Shown here: piece by piece, positions 49,161 to 63,300 of the stretch | How positions within the stretch are numbered: position 1 is the first letter of the stretch | How the letters are laid out: every line of letters starts with the position of its first letter | Position numbers and translations under genes: made by a program | The notes under the pieces: generated by a model | The model's input: the letters and a program-made list of their open reading frames with translations, nothing else | What the model was told of the DNA's origin: nothing | Databases searched by the model: none | Origin: Mobula hypostoma | Taxonomy: Eukaryota | Assembly: GCF_963921235.1 (NCBI RefSeq) | Contig: NC_086097.1 | Span: forward strand, 2,542,001-2,606,000 | Direction of reading: 5' to 3' | DNA length: 64,000 nucleotides

Positions 49161-49929
49161 CTCTACACCCCATCCTATACCCCATAGACAGTTCATTGAG
49201 ATGCAGCACAAAGTAGGCCCTCTGGCCCTTCGAGTCGCACCACCTAGCAACCTCTGATTTCACCCTAGCCTGATCACAGGACAATTTACAATCACCAGTT
49301 AACCTACGAATCAGTATGTCTTTGGACTGTGGGGGAAAAGCCCTAGCACAGTCCACAGGGAGGATGCACAAAGTCTTCCCAGAGGATGCTGGAATTAACC
49401 CTTCCTGAGCTGCATTAGTGTTGCACTAACCACTGTGCTACCTTGCACTTTGTTCTTGGATTCTTGCATTAGGGTTAACGAATGGATATTGGTTTGATTT
49501 CAACATTAAAGAGAAATTTGGATCGGTACGTGGATGGCAGGGAAACAGAGGCTTTGGTCCGGGTGCAGGTCGATGGCACTAGACAGATTAAGAGTTCAGC
49601 ATGGACTAGATGGGCTGAAGGGCCTGTTTCTGTGCTGTATTGTTTAATGACATAATACCTGATTAAATCTCTGCTGTCTGTACATGATCCATATTCCTCC
49701 ATTTCCAGCATATCTGTGTATCTGTCTAAATGCTTTTAAAACACCAGTGAGGTATCTGCTTTCACCACCTGCCCTGTTCATCTCTTGTTGATACCTACCA
49801 CTCGGTTTTACAATAGAATTTGCCCTGCACACCTTCAAACTGACCTTCTCACCTTAAATACACATTGTTCAGTGTTCCAGTAGGCTGTGCACCCTCGGTA
49901 TGCCTTTCATACGCAGCACGTTTGTGTGA

Positions 49930-50170
49930 CAGTTAGTGATCTTTTTCAGTTCGGGACATTCCAGTTCCGTCTGTAAATTTTATTAAACGTTCTTCCCCTG
50001 GCTGCATGGTTCCTCCGGGTGCTCCTGTTTCCTCCCACAGTAGAAACACGTACCGGTCAGTAGGTTAATCGGTCATTGCACATTGTCCTGTGGTTAGGCT
50101 GGGGTTAAAATCCGGGGTGGTGGGTGATATGGCTAGTTGGGCCAGAGGGCCTGTTCTGCACGTTATCTCC
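49930..50170 (+). mobile_element. V-SINE (HE1-like)
   Basis: ggttcctccgggtgctcctgtttcctcccacag V-domain; related minus-strand copy at about 49190-49445. Confidence 0.7.
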
Positions 50171-50679
50171 ATCGGAATACAAATAGTTGTATTATAAATT
50201 CCTATCGGCATCCTTGCTAATGAGAACATCTCGGGTTTGTTCAATTTCTCTCTGCAGCTTGTATCCACTAATACAGGTGTCTCAGTATACCTGTTCTGCA
50301 CCCAACCCGTAACAGTATCGATCGGAATTGCACACAACAGGAGATATTTTGGGAAGAGAAACGAAAGCTGTAGAACAGAGAGGGTATCAGTGTGTGATTG
50401 TTTTTGGAATGTCCTTTTGTTGGAGGGTTTTATTCTGAGCTTTGTGTGAGTTGCCTGGTTTCAGAGCGTTGATGTGTATTCAGTGTGTGTACCTAGGCCA
50501 GAACCCCACAACTGTGGAGACAACATTTCTGATTTATTCATCATTACTCATTACGGTTCCTTGTTGCACTTTCAAAGTTTCTATTTGGAATTCTAATAAC
50601 TTTTAATTTTCATTATGACTCCATCCAATCCCACCACCCCTTCCTCTGTTAATTACACACTTCAAGCTGGATCAGACAT

Positions 50680-51420
50680 GGGGGAATTTGGCCCATCAAG
50701 TCTGCCCTGCCATTCCATTATGGCTGGTTTGTTATTACCCCCTCAATCCCATTTTCCTGCCATCTGTAGAAATGAATTTCACAGATTCACCACCCTCTGG
50801 CTAAAGAACATCCTGCTCACCTCTGTTCTAAAAGGACGCCCCTCTATTCTGAGGCTGTCCCCTCTGGTCCTAGACTCTCCCACCATAGGAAACATCCTCT
50901 TCACATCCACTCTGTCAAGGCCTTTCACCATTCAGTAGGTTTCAATGAGATTTCTACCTCTTCCACCCCCTCCCTCCCCATTCTCGTAAACCCCAGTGAG
51001 TACAGGCCAGGACCTATCAGACACTCTTCGTACATTAACCCTTTCATCCCCGGAATCATTCTCATGAATGTTCTCTGGACCCTCTCTAATACCAGCCCAT
51101 TCTTTGATAAGGAACCCAAAACTGCTCAACATATTCCAAGTGAGGTCTGACTAATGTCTTGTAAGGACTCAGTATTACATCCTTAATTTTATATCCCAGT
51201 CCCTTTTAAAATGAATGCTAATATTGCAGTCATTCTGTGTAGGCCTTTCAATATTCAGTAAGTCTCAATGAGATCCCCATTTTTCTAAACTCCAGCGAGT
51301 ACAGGCCTAGAGCCCAGTATGTTAACCATTTCATTCCCAGAATAATTCTCATGTACTTCCTCTGATTCAATGCCAGCACATCTCTTCCTGGGTAAGGGGC
51401 CCAAAACTGCTCTCAATAAC
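50680..51420 (-). mobile_element. Degenerate CR1-type 3' fragments
   Basis: LERVQR.F.RMIPGMKGL.YEE remnant. Confidence 0.7.
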
Positions 51421-51571
51421 TCTGTGTCACCTGTCTAGTGCTGATGATTACTTTGAATATAAAAGTTCTTTGTTTTTTATGGAATTGTTGAATTTGATGC
51501 TTGTTAAAGAAGCAACAGAAAGAATTTATACATTCCTGAGTGTTTTTTGTTTTCTTTTTTGGGGGCTTCAG

Positions 51572-51667
51572 GACAAAGAAAAAACAAATTGCAAGAATAA
51601 ATACAACGACAACTTCTTTGGACTGTACTGTACCTGCAAGAGGCCTTATCCAGATCCTGAAGATGAG
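51572..51667 (+). CDS. UBR7: UBR7 exon 4
   Basis: Acceptor cttcag; DKEKTNCKNKYNDNFFGLYCTCKRPYPDPEDE; donor GTGAGA. Confidence 0.96.
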
Positions 51668-51760
51668 GTGAGATATTCGGAGGCTTGCCGAGAAATTTGA
51701 GCTTTACCAGAATGGGGTACAAAGCAGCTGCCTCATGGAATATGTGTTCTTGCTTCTCAG

Positions 51761-51814
51761 ACCCCTGATGAAATGATTCAATGCGTGGTGTGTGAAGACT
51801 GGTTCCATGGAAGG
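51761..51814 (+). CDS. UBR7: UBR7 exon 5 (PHD-type finger)
   Basis: Acceptor tgcttctcag; TPDEMIQCVVCEDWFHGR; donor GTGAGT. Confidence 0.96.
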
Positions 51815-51846
51815 GTGAGTTAACTGTTTGTATATAGTGGGAGTTT

Positions 51847-53895
51847 AGAAACATAGAAAATAGATGCAGGAGTAGGCCATTCGGCCCTTCGAGCCTGCAC
51901 CGCCATTTATTATGATCATGGCTGATCATCCAACTCAGAACCCCGCCCCAGCCTTCCCTCCATACCCCCTGATCCCCGTAGCCACAAGGGCCATATCTAA
52001 CTCCCTCTTAAATATAGCCAATGAACTGGCCTCAACTGTTTCCTGTGGCAGAGAATTCCACAGATTCACCACTCCCTGTGTGAAGAAGTTTTTCCTAATC
52101 TCGGTCCTAAAAGGCTTCCCCTTTATCCTCAAACTGTGACCCCTCGTTCTGGACTTCCCCAACATCGGGAACAATCTTCCTGCATCTAGCCTGTCCAATC
52201 CCTTTAGGATTTTATACGTTTCAATCAGATCCCCCCTCAATCTTCTAAATTCCAACGAGTACAAGCCCAGTTCATCCAGTCTTTCTTCATATGAAAGTCC
52301 TGCCATCCCAGGAATCAATCTGGTGAACCTTCTTTGTACTCCCTCTATGGCAAGGATGTCTTTCCTCAGATTAGGGTACCAAAACTGCACACAATACTCC
52401 AGGTGTGGTCTCACCAAGGCCTTGTACAACTGCAGTAGTACCTCCCTGCTCCTGTACTCGAATCCTCTCGCTATAAATGCCAGCATACCATTCGCCTTTT
52501 TCACCGCCTGCTGTACCTGCATGCCCACTTCAATGGCTGGTGTATAATGACACCCAGGTCTCGTTGCACCTCCCCTTTTCCTAATTGGCCACCATTCAGA
52601 TAATAATCTGTTTTCCTATTTTTGCCACCAAAGTGGATAACTTCACATTTATCCACATTAAATTGCATCTGCCATGAATTTGCCCACTAACCCAACCTAT
52701 CCAAGTCACCCTGCATCCTCTTAGCATCCTCCTCACAGCTAACACTGCCACCCAGCTTCGTGTCATCCGCAAACTTGGAGATGCTGCATTTAATTCCCTC
52801 ATCCAAGTCATTAATATATATTGTAAACAACTGGGGTCCCAGCACTGAGCCTTGCGGTACCCCACTAGTCACTGCCTGCCATTTTGAAAAGGTCCCGTTT
52901 ATTCCCACACTTTGCTTCCTGTCTGCCAACCAATTCTCTATCCACATCAATACCTTACCCCCAATACCGTGTGCTTTAAGTTTGCACACTAATCTCCTGT
53001 GTGGGACCTTGTCAAAAGCCTTTTGAAAATCCAAATATACCACATCCACTGATTCTCCCCTATCCACTCTACTGGTTACATCCTCAAAAAATTCTATGAG
53101 ATTCGTCAGACATGATTTTCCTTTCACAAATCCATGCTGACTTTGTCCGATCATTTCACCGCTTTCCAAATGTGCTGTTATCACATCCTTGATAACTGAC
53201 TCCAGCAGTTTCCCCACCACCGACGTTAGGCTAACCGGTCTATAATTCCCCGGTTTCTCTCTCCCTCCTTTTTTAAAAAGTGGGGTTACATTAGCCACCC
53301 TCCAATCCTTAGGAACTCGTCCAGAATCTAACGAGTTTTGAAAAATTATCACTAATGCATCCACTATTTCTTGGGCTACTTCCTTAAGCACTCTAGGATG
53401 CAGACCATCTGGCCCTGGGGATTTATCTGCCTTCAATCCCTTCAATTTACCCAACACCACTTCCCTACTAACATGTATTTCGCTCAGTTCCTCCATCTCA
53501 CTGGACGCTCTGTCCTCTACTATTTCTGGAAGATTATTTATGTCCTCCTTCGTGAAGACAGAACCAAAGTAATTTTTCAATTGGTCTACCATGTCCTTGC
53601 TCCCCATAATCAATTCACCTGTTTCTGTCTGTAGGGGACCTACATTTGTCTTTTCCTTTTTTACATATCTATAAAAGCTTTTACAGTCAGTTTTTATGTT
53701 CCCTGCCAGTTTTCTCTCATAATCTTTTTTCCCCTTCCTAAGTAAGCCCTTTGCCCTCCTCTGCTGAACTCTGAATTTCTCCCAGTCCTCAGGTGAGCCA
53801 CTTTTTCTGGCTAATTTGTATGCTTCTTCTTTGGAATTGATACTATCCCTAATTTCTCTTGTCAGCCACGGGTGCACTACCTTCCTTGATTTATT
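51847..53895 (-). mobile_element. Young 5'-truncated CR1-type LINE
   Basis: ORFs 52687-53877 and 51935-52528 with RT motifs; tagaaacatagaaa tail. Confidence 0.93.
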
Positions 53896-55380
53896 CTCAC
53901 TATGTATTTTAAAAATTGTTTTGACAGGTGTAGAACCTTTTTTATGGTTTTATAGTTGGTTTCTGGGCAGAGGGTCTCTTGTTTTTTTTGCCAAGCTTAA
54001 CTTTCTAAACACAACAACTGGCACTTGTAAAGATCAAACTGTTGTAAGTTAAACTTCCAACTAATATTCTTTGTTCAGCTTCTGATCGTAAATGGGAGCC
54101 AGTCTTCAGTTCTTAATGTAAATGGAATGCAGCAATCAGCTTGAAGTTGAAAACACAGCTTTGCAAACAGACACACTATCTATGGAAAGCAGAATGTTGG
54201 ATCACAACAGTTGTCTTATTCAAGAGGCAAAGTGTAAGACAATCGGTTATTTAACATAAAAACTAAAAAGAGGGCATATCATAGAGCAAAAATTCGCATG
54301 AAGTTATAGGATTGGGAAGCTTTTAAAAACCAACAGAAAGCAATAAACAGCAAGTGCCAGAAATACTCGAGGTCAGGCAGGTTCTGTGGAGAGAAACCGA
54401 GGGAAGGTTTTAGGTTGAGTAATCTTTTCATGAGGGTATTTCCACATGTTGTGTTTGCACATTTCAGGATGTGCAATATTGTATTGTCACATCAATTATT
54501 CACTCCTGTTGTCTTCACTGCACAGTACACTTGGCAGTAAAGTTGTATTCATAAGCAATACCAAATAATTGTGTTCTTTTATCACAGCTCGTGGAGTATG
54601 TGTGTGTAGATGAATTACACTTGGTGAATTGAGTATTTATTTCATCACTTAATTTAAACAAGTCTATTGGATAACTTATTTAATCCCACCAGTTGCATTA
54701 ATCCATGCAACACACACACAATGCTGGAGGAATTTAGCAGGTCAGGTAGCATTAATGGAAAAGAGCAGACAGTTGATGTTTCCGGCTAAAACCCTTCAGC
54801 AAGACTCTTGGATTTCCAGCATCTGCAAATTTTCTTATTTGTAATTAACACTACATTAATAATATTAATAGTAAACATAGTATGAAAATACTATTATTAA
54901 TACTATTTAAATAATTTTCTCCACTCTGTTATATCAGAAGTAAAACGCTGAGTTACGTGTGAACAACACCTTTGTTTTAATCTGTTTGTTGAGTCTGGAT
55001 AACTTTTTGCAAACTGCTAAAGGAAGTTTGTGTTAGAACTTCCTGGAGTTGGTTTTGGGCGTTCAATACAATGCTATTGGGCAGCACTTCTCCAGAAGTA
55101 AGGGGCAGAATTCTGATCCAGTGCTTCTGAATGGGGAAGATTTTCAGAATGGAGGGACAGAGGTGAGCTATGATAGAATGGCAGAGCACGTAGGCCAAAT
55201 TCTGCTCTTGTATCTTATGCTAATATCAGTTTGACAAAGCATGATATTGGTATCTAGATTGTCCTGCACTGTTTTCATTGTTTACCAAAATAGCAGGCAT
55301 TTGTTACGATGTCCCCCTCATTCCTTTGGTGATTATGGCACTGACAGTAATTAATTTGTGACCACTGTTTGATTTTTCAG

Positions 55381-55486
55381 CACCTTGGTACTGTTCTCCC
55401 CGACAACGTAGAGTATCAGGAAATGGTGTGCCAAAGCTGTATGAAGAGATGCTCCTTTCTTTGGGCCTACGCGACTCATGTGGCAG
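55381..55486 (+). CDS. UBR7: UBR7 exon 6 (gene presumably continues beyond window)
   Basis: Acceptor gatttttcag; HLGTVLPDNVEYQEMVCQSCMKRCSFLWAYATHVA; donor G|GTACGG. Confidence 0.94.
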
Positions 55487-55667
55487 GTACGGGGCATCTT
55501 GGCGCTTTCTTACCCACAGCTGACGCTCTTGACTCACTTTCTGAAGCCATATTGCGCAGGATTTCTTGAAATGCTGATTGTCGGCTAACTTGCAGGCATC
55601 TGGAACTGCAATTCAGCTGGCTGCTTCTCTTGCTGTTCCTGTGGATCTCCTGAGAGTAGGCACTAAG

Positions 55668-56100
55668 CATGCAGGAGAGGTTTACCAGGATGCTGTCAGG
55701 ATTAGAGGGCATGGGCTATAATGAGAGGCTGGGCAAACTTGTGTTTTCTCTGGAGCAGCGCAGGCTGAGGGGAGATCTGATCGAGGTTTATAAGATTATG
55801 AGCGGCACAGATAGAGTAGAGACAGCATCTTTTTCCCAGGGTTGAAATGTCTAATTCTGACGACATGCATTAAGGTGAGAGGGGGAATTTTAAACGAGAT
55901 GTGAGGGGCAAGTTTTTTTTTACAGAGTGGTGGGTGCATAGCATGAGTTGCCTGGGTGGTGGTAGAGGCAGATACATTAGAGGTGTTTAGATCGGTACAC
56001 GAATGTGAGGAAAATGGAAGGATAAGGACATTGTGTAGGCAGAAGAGATTAGTTGGCCATTTGATTACTAATTTATTTGGTTCGGCACAACATTGTGGGC
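55668..56100 (+). mobile_element. Degenerate CR1-type 3' fragment
   Basis: Same family as 44650-45190. Confidence 0.7.
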
Positions 56101-56599
56101 TGACTGTTGGGAGAAATTTGAAAGCTTGTGAAATAGCTCAAAACCATCGAGTTTGTTCTACTATTCCATCATGACTGCTTTATTTTCCCTTAACCTTTGG
56201 CGACTTTGCTGATCAGAAACTTATCAACCTCTGTTTTCAATACACCCATATCCAATCCTCTCCAGGTCTGTGCTGGTGTTAATAAGTTTACAGTTTATTT
56301 GTCATGGGAACCGGGTGTATTGTATAATTGTACTACTTGATTACAGACCAGTAATATTAGTAATTAAAACAGTAAGTTCCAGGTTAATCAGGTCCAGTAC
56401 GTTTGGCCCAGTTAAGCTCCTGTCTTTAGCCAAAAAAAAGGATTAAAAAAAGACAAACTACATTTAACTGAGTAACAAATTATGTATTTAAATGAGAAAC
56501 AGAACAAATTAGAACATGTCCTACAGTGCTATAAAACTATATTAGTTCCTAATAGTTATCGACAGAGGAATTCATACGGTCTACATGAGCATGAACAAA

Positions 56600-57785
56600 A
56601 TCAGAGTTTTGTAGAGCTGCATCAGACTCTTAAACTCTATCCCTCGACTTATGAAAGCTAACACCCCATAAGCTTTGTTAACTACCCTATCCACCTGTGA
56701 CGCAACTTTCAGGGATCTGTGGACATGTACCCCCAGATCCCTCTGCTCCTCCACACTACCAAGTATCCTGCCATTTACTTTGTACTCTGCCTTGGAGTTT
56801 GTCCTTCCAAAGTGTACCACCTCACACTACTCTGGGTTGAACTCCAACTGCCACTTCTCAGCCCACTTCTGTATCCTATCGATGTCTCTGCAATCTTTGA
56901 CAATCCTCTACACTATCTACAACACCACCAACCTTTGTGTTGTCTGCAAACTTGCCAACCCACCCTTCTACGCCCACATCCATGTCGTTAATAAAAATCA
57001 CGAAAAGTAGAGGTCCCAGAACAGATCCTTGTGGGACACCACTAGTCACAATCCTCCAATCTGAATGTACTCCCTCCACCATGACCCTCTGTGTTCTGCG
57101 GGCAAGCCAATTCTGAAGCCACCTGGCCAAACTTCCCTGGATCCCATGCCTTCTGACTTTCTGAATAAGCCTACCATGTGGAACCTTGTCAAATGCCTTA
57201 CTAAAATCCATATAGATCACATCCACTGCACTACCCTCATCTATATGCCTGGTCACCTCCTCAAAGAACTCTATCAGGCTTGTTAGACACGATCTGCCCT
57301 TCATAAAGCCATGCTGACTGTCCCTGATCAGACCATGATTCTCGAAATGCCCAGAGATCCTATCTCTAAGAATCTTTTCCAACAGCTTTCCCACCACAGA
57401 CGTAAGGCTCACTGGTCTATAATTACTCGGAATATCCCTACTATCGTTTTTCATAGTCACAGTCATACTTTATTGATTCCGGGGGAAATTGGTTTGATCA
57501 AGCCTCCCTCCAATCCTCCGTAATCACCCCCAGTTTATTACATAACGCCCAGTCCAGTATAGCTGATCCCATAGTAGGCTCAATGACAAACTGCTCTAAA
57601 AAGCCATCTCATAGGCATTCAACAAACACGCTCTCTTGAGATCCATTACCAACCTGATTTTCCCAATTGACCTGTATGTTAAAATCTCCCATGACTATCA
57701 TGACATTGCCCTTTTGACACATCTTTTCTATTTCCTGTTTATAATCTGTGGTCCACAACCCAGCTACTGTTGGGAGGCCTATATA
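56600..57785 (-). mobile_element. CR1-type RT fragment (56600-57445) and endonuclease fragment (57490-57785)
   Basis: ORFs 56581-56820 and 56876-57466 near-identical to 62490-63320; MGDFN in 57609-57821. Confidence 0.88.
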
Positions 57786-57787
57786 TA

Positions 57788-58630
57788 CAGTGGCATGCAA
57801 AAGTTTGGGCACCCCGGTCAAAATTTCTGTTACTGTGAATAGCTAAGCGAGTAAAAGATGAACTGATTTCCAAAAAGCATGAAGTTAAAGATGACACATT
57901 TCTTTAATATTTTAAGCAAGAGAACTTTTTTATTTCCATCTTTTACAGTTTCAAAATAACAAACAAGGAAAAAGGCTCGAAGCAGAAGTTCGGGCACCCT
58001 GCATGTCAGTACTTAGTAACACCCCCTTTGTCAAGTATCACAGCTTGTAAACGCTTTTTGTAGCCAGCTAAGAGTCTTTCAATTCTTGTTTGGGGAATTT
58101 TTGCCTATTCTTCCTTGCAAAAGGCTTCTAGTTCTGTGAGATTCTTGGGCCATCTTGCATGCACTGCTCTTTTGAAGTCTATCCACAGATTCTCGATGAT
58201 GTTTAGGTCAGGGGACTGTGAGGGCCATGGCGAAACGTTCAGCTTGTGCCTCTTGAGGTAGTCCATTGTGGACTTTGAGGTGTGTTTAGGTTCATTATCC
58301 TGTTGTAGAAGCCATCCTCTTTTCACCTTTGGCTTTTTAACAGAAGCTGTGATGTTTGCTTCCAGAATTTGCTGGTATTTAATTGAATTCATTCCTCCCT
58401 CTACCAGTAAATGTTCCCTGTGCCACTGGCTGCGACACAAGCCCAAAGCATGATCGATCCACTCCCATGCTTAACAGTTGGAGAGGTATTCTTTTCATGA
58501 AATTCTGCACCCTTTTTCCTCCAAACATACCTTTGCTCATTGCAGCCAAAGAGTTGTATTTTAACTTCATCAGTCCACAGGACTTGTTTCCAAAATGCAT
58601 CAGGCTTTTGAATAGAACTTTTTGGCCGCA
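57788..58630 (-). mobile_element. Tc1/mariner transposon, truncated, with frameshifted DDE transposase
   Basis: TA|CAGTGGCATGCAAAAGTTTGGGCACC terminus with an inner direct repeat near 57984; VLWTDE, QQDNEPKH and SPDLNIIENLW motifs. Confidence 0.92.
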
Positions 58631-59399
58631 ATGAGCAAGTAACAGCTTGTGCGTAATAACTCTTTGTTCTGAATCAGAGCAGATCAGCCATTTGTGAGGT
58701 TCCAGTTGCTCAGGTCAGACACAGACTCCCCTGTTCATAAACCTGCATGTTCTATTGTATCAAAGAACACATCACAAATAACTTCTTATTTGGAACTGAC
58801 CTCTAGTTCAGCAGATTATCAGGACCATCACTGTATCCACTTTAAAACACTTTGATACAGTTATTCCCGAGCAAAACCATCTCACAAGACAGCTCACAAA
58901 ATGGAGGTTACAGAGCAGCTTCACAAAATGGCAGCCTCCATTCCTTCAATCACATGGCAAGAACAAAGACAATTGATTTGTCTATTTCCGCTGTCCTTGA
59001 CTGTTCGAATTGATTGTTTTTTTTGTTTTAATTCCTTCATGGCCAGCAGCATTACAGATTGGCCAGCAATGGTCAAGTGCTGTGAGTGTATCCACTCTTT
59101 ATTGATGCTAAGCCAGTCATTTCCCTTGCCTTTGAAACTTGCTCCATGCTCATCAGTTTTCAATGGACAATTTCCCTGCCCTGCTATTCTGCATACTTGT
59201 CTTAACAGGAGAGGTTAGGGATGGGGCTCTTTTTGGTGTGAAGGAGGACGAGGCGACCTGATAGAGGTGTATAAGATGGGAGATATCAAATAGACAGTTA
59301 GACTTTCTCCCAGAGTGGAAATTGCAAATCTGAGGGGTACAACTTTCATGAGTTGGGAAGAAAGAGGATGTCAGAGGTAAGTTTATTTATTTGCAGAAT

Positions 59400-59518
59400 G
59401 CTGTGGGCTGGGTGTGCATGTGTGCTCGCGCAGATGTGGGCTGGGTTTGCGTTTGTGCGCGTGCATGGATGTGGGCTGGGTGTGCATTTGTGCGCGCGCG
59501 TGAATGTGGGCTGGGTTT
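59400..59518. repeat. 33-35-bp tandem repeat x4 adjoining a CR1 remnant
   Basis: tgtgggctggg begins at 59402, 59435, 59470 and 59505. Confidence 0.85.
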
Positions 59519-60334
59519 TAAGGCACTAATAACCTGCCTTTGCCCCCAGGTCAGTCAAAATGGTTCTGCTAGGCTTAATTACTAAGTGACACGTGAAGGC
59601 CAGGAGCTGGACTTGATTGTCAGAGGCTATTTGAGGCGCACACCATTGGCAACATCTAATCGGTCATGGGAGTTTGTCCCCATTACCACCCCTGGCTATA
59701 ACAACCTTGAGAAACCTAAATTGTTCTATATTTTATTGAAATACATAATTTGTTACTCATTTAAATGGTAGTTTGTCTTTTTAACTATTCCCATGAAGCT
59801 TTGGCTAATTGGGACAGCTGCTTAATTGGGCCAAAATGTTTTGGTCCTGATGTGGTCCATTTACCAAGAATCCACAGTATTCCTTATTGCAATACATAAT
59901 TTAAAAAACTATAAGTCACAATGTACTGCTGCCACAAAATGACAATTTCATCACCTCTGCTACCTGATTCTAATTGTGTTTGGTTTTGCTTGAGTTCAAA
60001 GTCATCGCTCTTGTTGTGGAAACCCAACTCTGCCGTATTGAGGTTAAATTTGGATAGGTGTGTGGATGAGAGGACCATGGTCAATGGGAGGGGCAGATTA
60101 ATGGTTTGGCATGGAGTAGATGGGCTGAAGGGCCTGTTTTTGCACTATAGTGTTCTGTGCCTTTCTGTTTGGATGCTGTGACAGGTGTGTCCCTGTTCAG
60201 TTCAGTGTTGTTTGTATTTGTGTAGGTGTGATTGCGGACACAATGAGGAGTTCTTGATGCGGAAACAGCATTCTGACAGCTGAACAGAGGTGGGAAGAGT
60301 TGACAGTGTGATATGTTGTTCCCTTTGTTCCATT

Positions 60335-63300
60335 AAAACTGTGGTGCAGAAGGGTGGGACGGAGAAGAGGAGAGCTGTCGTCAATGGAGACGCTATAGTC
60401 AGGGGAGCAGACAGGAGATTTTGTGGACATGAGAAGGACACCCGCAGGGTTTGTTGCCTCCTGGGTGCCAGGGTCCGGGATGGCTCTGACCGGGTGCATG
60501 ACATCCTGGTACGAGAGGGAAAGCAACTAGAAGTCGTGATACATGTTGGGACCAACGACATAGGCAGGAAGAGGGATGAGGTCCTGAAGTGTGAATTTTG
60601 GGAACTAGGCAGAAGGCTGAAGAATAGGACCTCAAGGGTGGCGTTCTCAGGATTGCTGCCAGTGCTACGTGACAGAGATGGTAAGAATGGGAGGAGATGG
60701 CAGTTGAATGCGTGGCTGAGGAGTTGGTGCAGGGAGCAGGGTTTTAGATTTTTAGATCATTGAGATCTCTTCTGGGGAAGGTGGGACCTGTACAGATTGG
60801 ATGGGTTGCACCTGAACTCGAGGGGGAGCAATATCCTTGCAGGTAGGTTTGCTAGCGTGGTTCGGGAGGGTTTAAACTAATTTGCCAGGGGGTGGGACCC
60901 AGAGCGATGGAGCAGTGAAAGAAGTGCATGGAGTAAAGCCAGATCTAACTTATAGGGAGGCTTTGAGGAAAGAGAAGCAGAATAAACGGTGTAAAGACAG
61001 TAAGGTAGAAGGGCTGAAATGTGTGTACCTCAATGTAAGAAGCATCAGGAACAAAGGTGATGAACTGAGAGCTTGGATACATACATGGAATTATGATGTA
61101 GTGGCCATTACAGAGACTTGGCTGGCACCAGGGCAGGAATGGATTCTCAATATTCCTGGATTTCAGTGCTTTAAAAGGGATAGGGAGGGTGGAAAAAGGG
61201 GAGGAGGGGTGGCATTACTGGTCAGGGATACTATTACAGCTACAGAAAGGGTGGGTAATATAGAAGGATCCTCTTTTGAGTCAGTATGGGTGGAAGTCAG
61301 GAACAGGAAGGGAGCAGTTACTCTATTGGGGGTATTCTATAGGCCCCTTGGTAGCAGCAGAGATACAGAGGAGCAGATTGGGAGGCAGATTTTGGAAAGG
61401 TTTAAAAATAACAGGGTTGTTATCATGGGTGACTTTAACTTTCCTAATATTGATTGGCACCTGATTAGTTCCAAGGGTTTAGATGGGGCAGAGTTTGTTA
61501 AGTGTGTCCAGGACGGATTCCTGTCACAGTATGTGGACAGGCCGACCGGGGGAATGCCATACTAGATCTAGTACTAGGTAAAGTACTAGGAACTGGGTCA
61601 GGTCACAGATCTCTCAGTGAGTGAGCATCTGTGGGACAGTGACCACAGCTCCCTGGCCTTTAGGATTATCATGGAACAGGATAGAATCAGAGAGCACAGG
61701 AAAATTTTTAATTGGGGAAAGGCAAATTATGAGGCTATAAGGCTAGAACTTGCGGGTGTGAATTGGGATGATGTTTTTGCAGGGAAATGTACTATGGACA
61801 TGTGGTCGATGTTTAGAGATCTCTTGCGGGATGTTAGGGATAAATTTGTCCCGGTGAGGAAGATAAAGAATGGTAGGGTGAAGGAACCATGGGTGACAAG
61901 TGAGGTGGAAAATCTAGTCAGGAGGAAGAAGGCAGCATACATGAGGTTTAGGAAGCAAGGATCAGATGGGTCCATTGAGGAATATAGGGAAGCAAGAAAG
62001 GAGCTTAAGGGGCTGAGAAGAGCAAGAAGGGGGCATGAGAAGGCCTTGGCAAGTAGGGTAAAGGAAAACCCCAAGGCATTCTTCAATTATGTGAAGAAAA
62101 AAAGGATGACAGGAGTGAAGGTAGGACTGATTAGAGATAAAGGTGGGAAGATGTGCCTGGAGGCTGTGGAAGTGAGCGAGGTCCTCAATGAATACTTCTC
62201 TTCGGTATTCACCAATGAGAGGGATCTTGATGATGGTGAGGACAATATGAGTGAGGTTGATGTTCTGGAGCATGTTGATATTAAGGGAGAGGAGGTGTTG
62301 GAGTTGTTAAAATACATTAGGACGGAGAAGGCCCCGGGGCCTGATGGAATATTCCCCAGGCTGCTCCACGAGGCGAGGGAAGAGATTGCTGAGCCTCTGG
62401 CTAGGATCTTTACGTCCTCGTTGTCCACGGGAATGGTTCCAGAGGATTGGAGGGAGGCGAATGTTGTCCCCTTGTTCAAAAAAGGTAGTAGGGATAGTCC
62501 GGGTAATTATAGACCAGTGAGCCTTACGTCTGTGGTGGGAAAGCTGTTGGAAAAGATTCGTAGAGATAGGATCTATAGGCATTTCGAGAATCATGGTCTG
62601 ATCAGGGACAGTCTGCATGGCTTTGTGAAGGGAAGATCGTGTCTAACAAGCCTGATAGAGTTCTTTGAGGAGGTGACCAGGCATATAGATGAGGGTAGTG
62701 CAGTAGATGTGATCTATATGGATTTTAGTAAGGCATTTCTCAAGGTTCCACATGGTAGGCTTATTCAGAAAGTTAGAAGGCATGGGATCCAGGGAAGTTT
62801 GGCCAGGTGGATTCAGAATTGGCTTGCCTGCAGAAAGCAGAGGGTGGTGGTGGAGGGAGTACATTCAGATTGGAGGATTGTGACTAGTGGTGTCCCACAA
62901 GGATCTACTTTTCGTGATTTTTATTAACGACCTGGATGTGGGGGTAGAAGGGTGGGTTGGCAAGTTTGCAAACGACACAAAGGTTGGTGGTGTTGTAGAT
63001 AGTGTAGAGGATTGTCAAAGATTGCAGAGAGACATTGATAGGATGCAGAAGTGGGCTGAGAATGGCAGATGGAGTTCAATCTGGAGAAGTGTGAGGTGGT
63101 GCACTTTGGAAGGACAAACTCCAAGGCAGAGTACAAAGTAAATGGCAGGATACTTGGTAGTGTGGAGGAGCAGAGGGATCTCGGGGTACATGTCCACAGA
63201 TCCCTGAGAGTTGCCTCACAGGTGGATAGGGTAGTTAAGAAAGCTTATAGGGTGTTAGATTTCATAAGTCGAGGAATAGAGTTTAAGAGTCGCGATGTAA

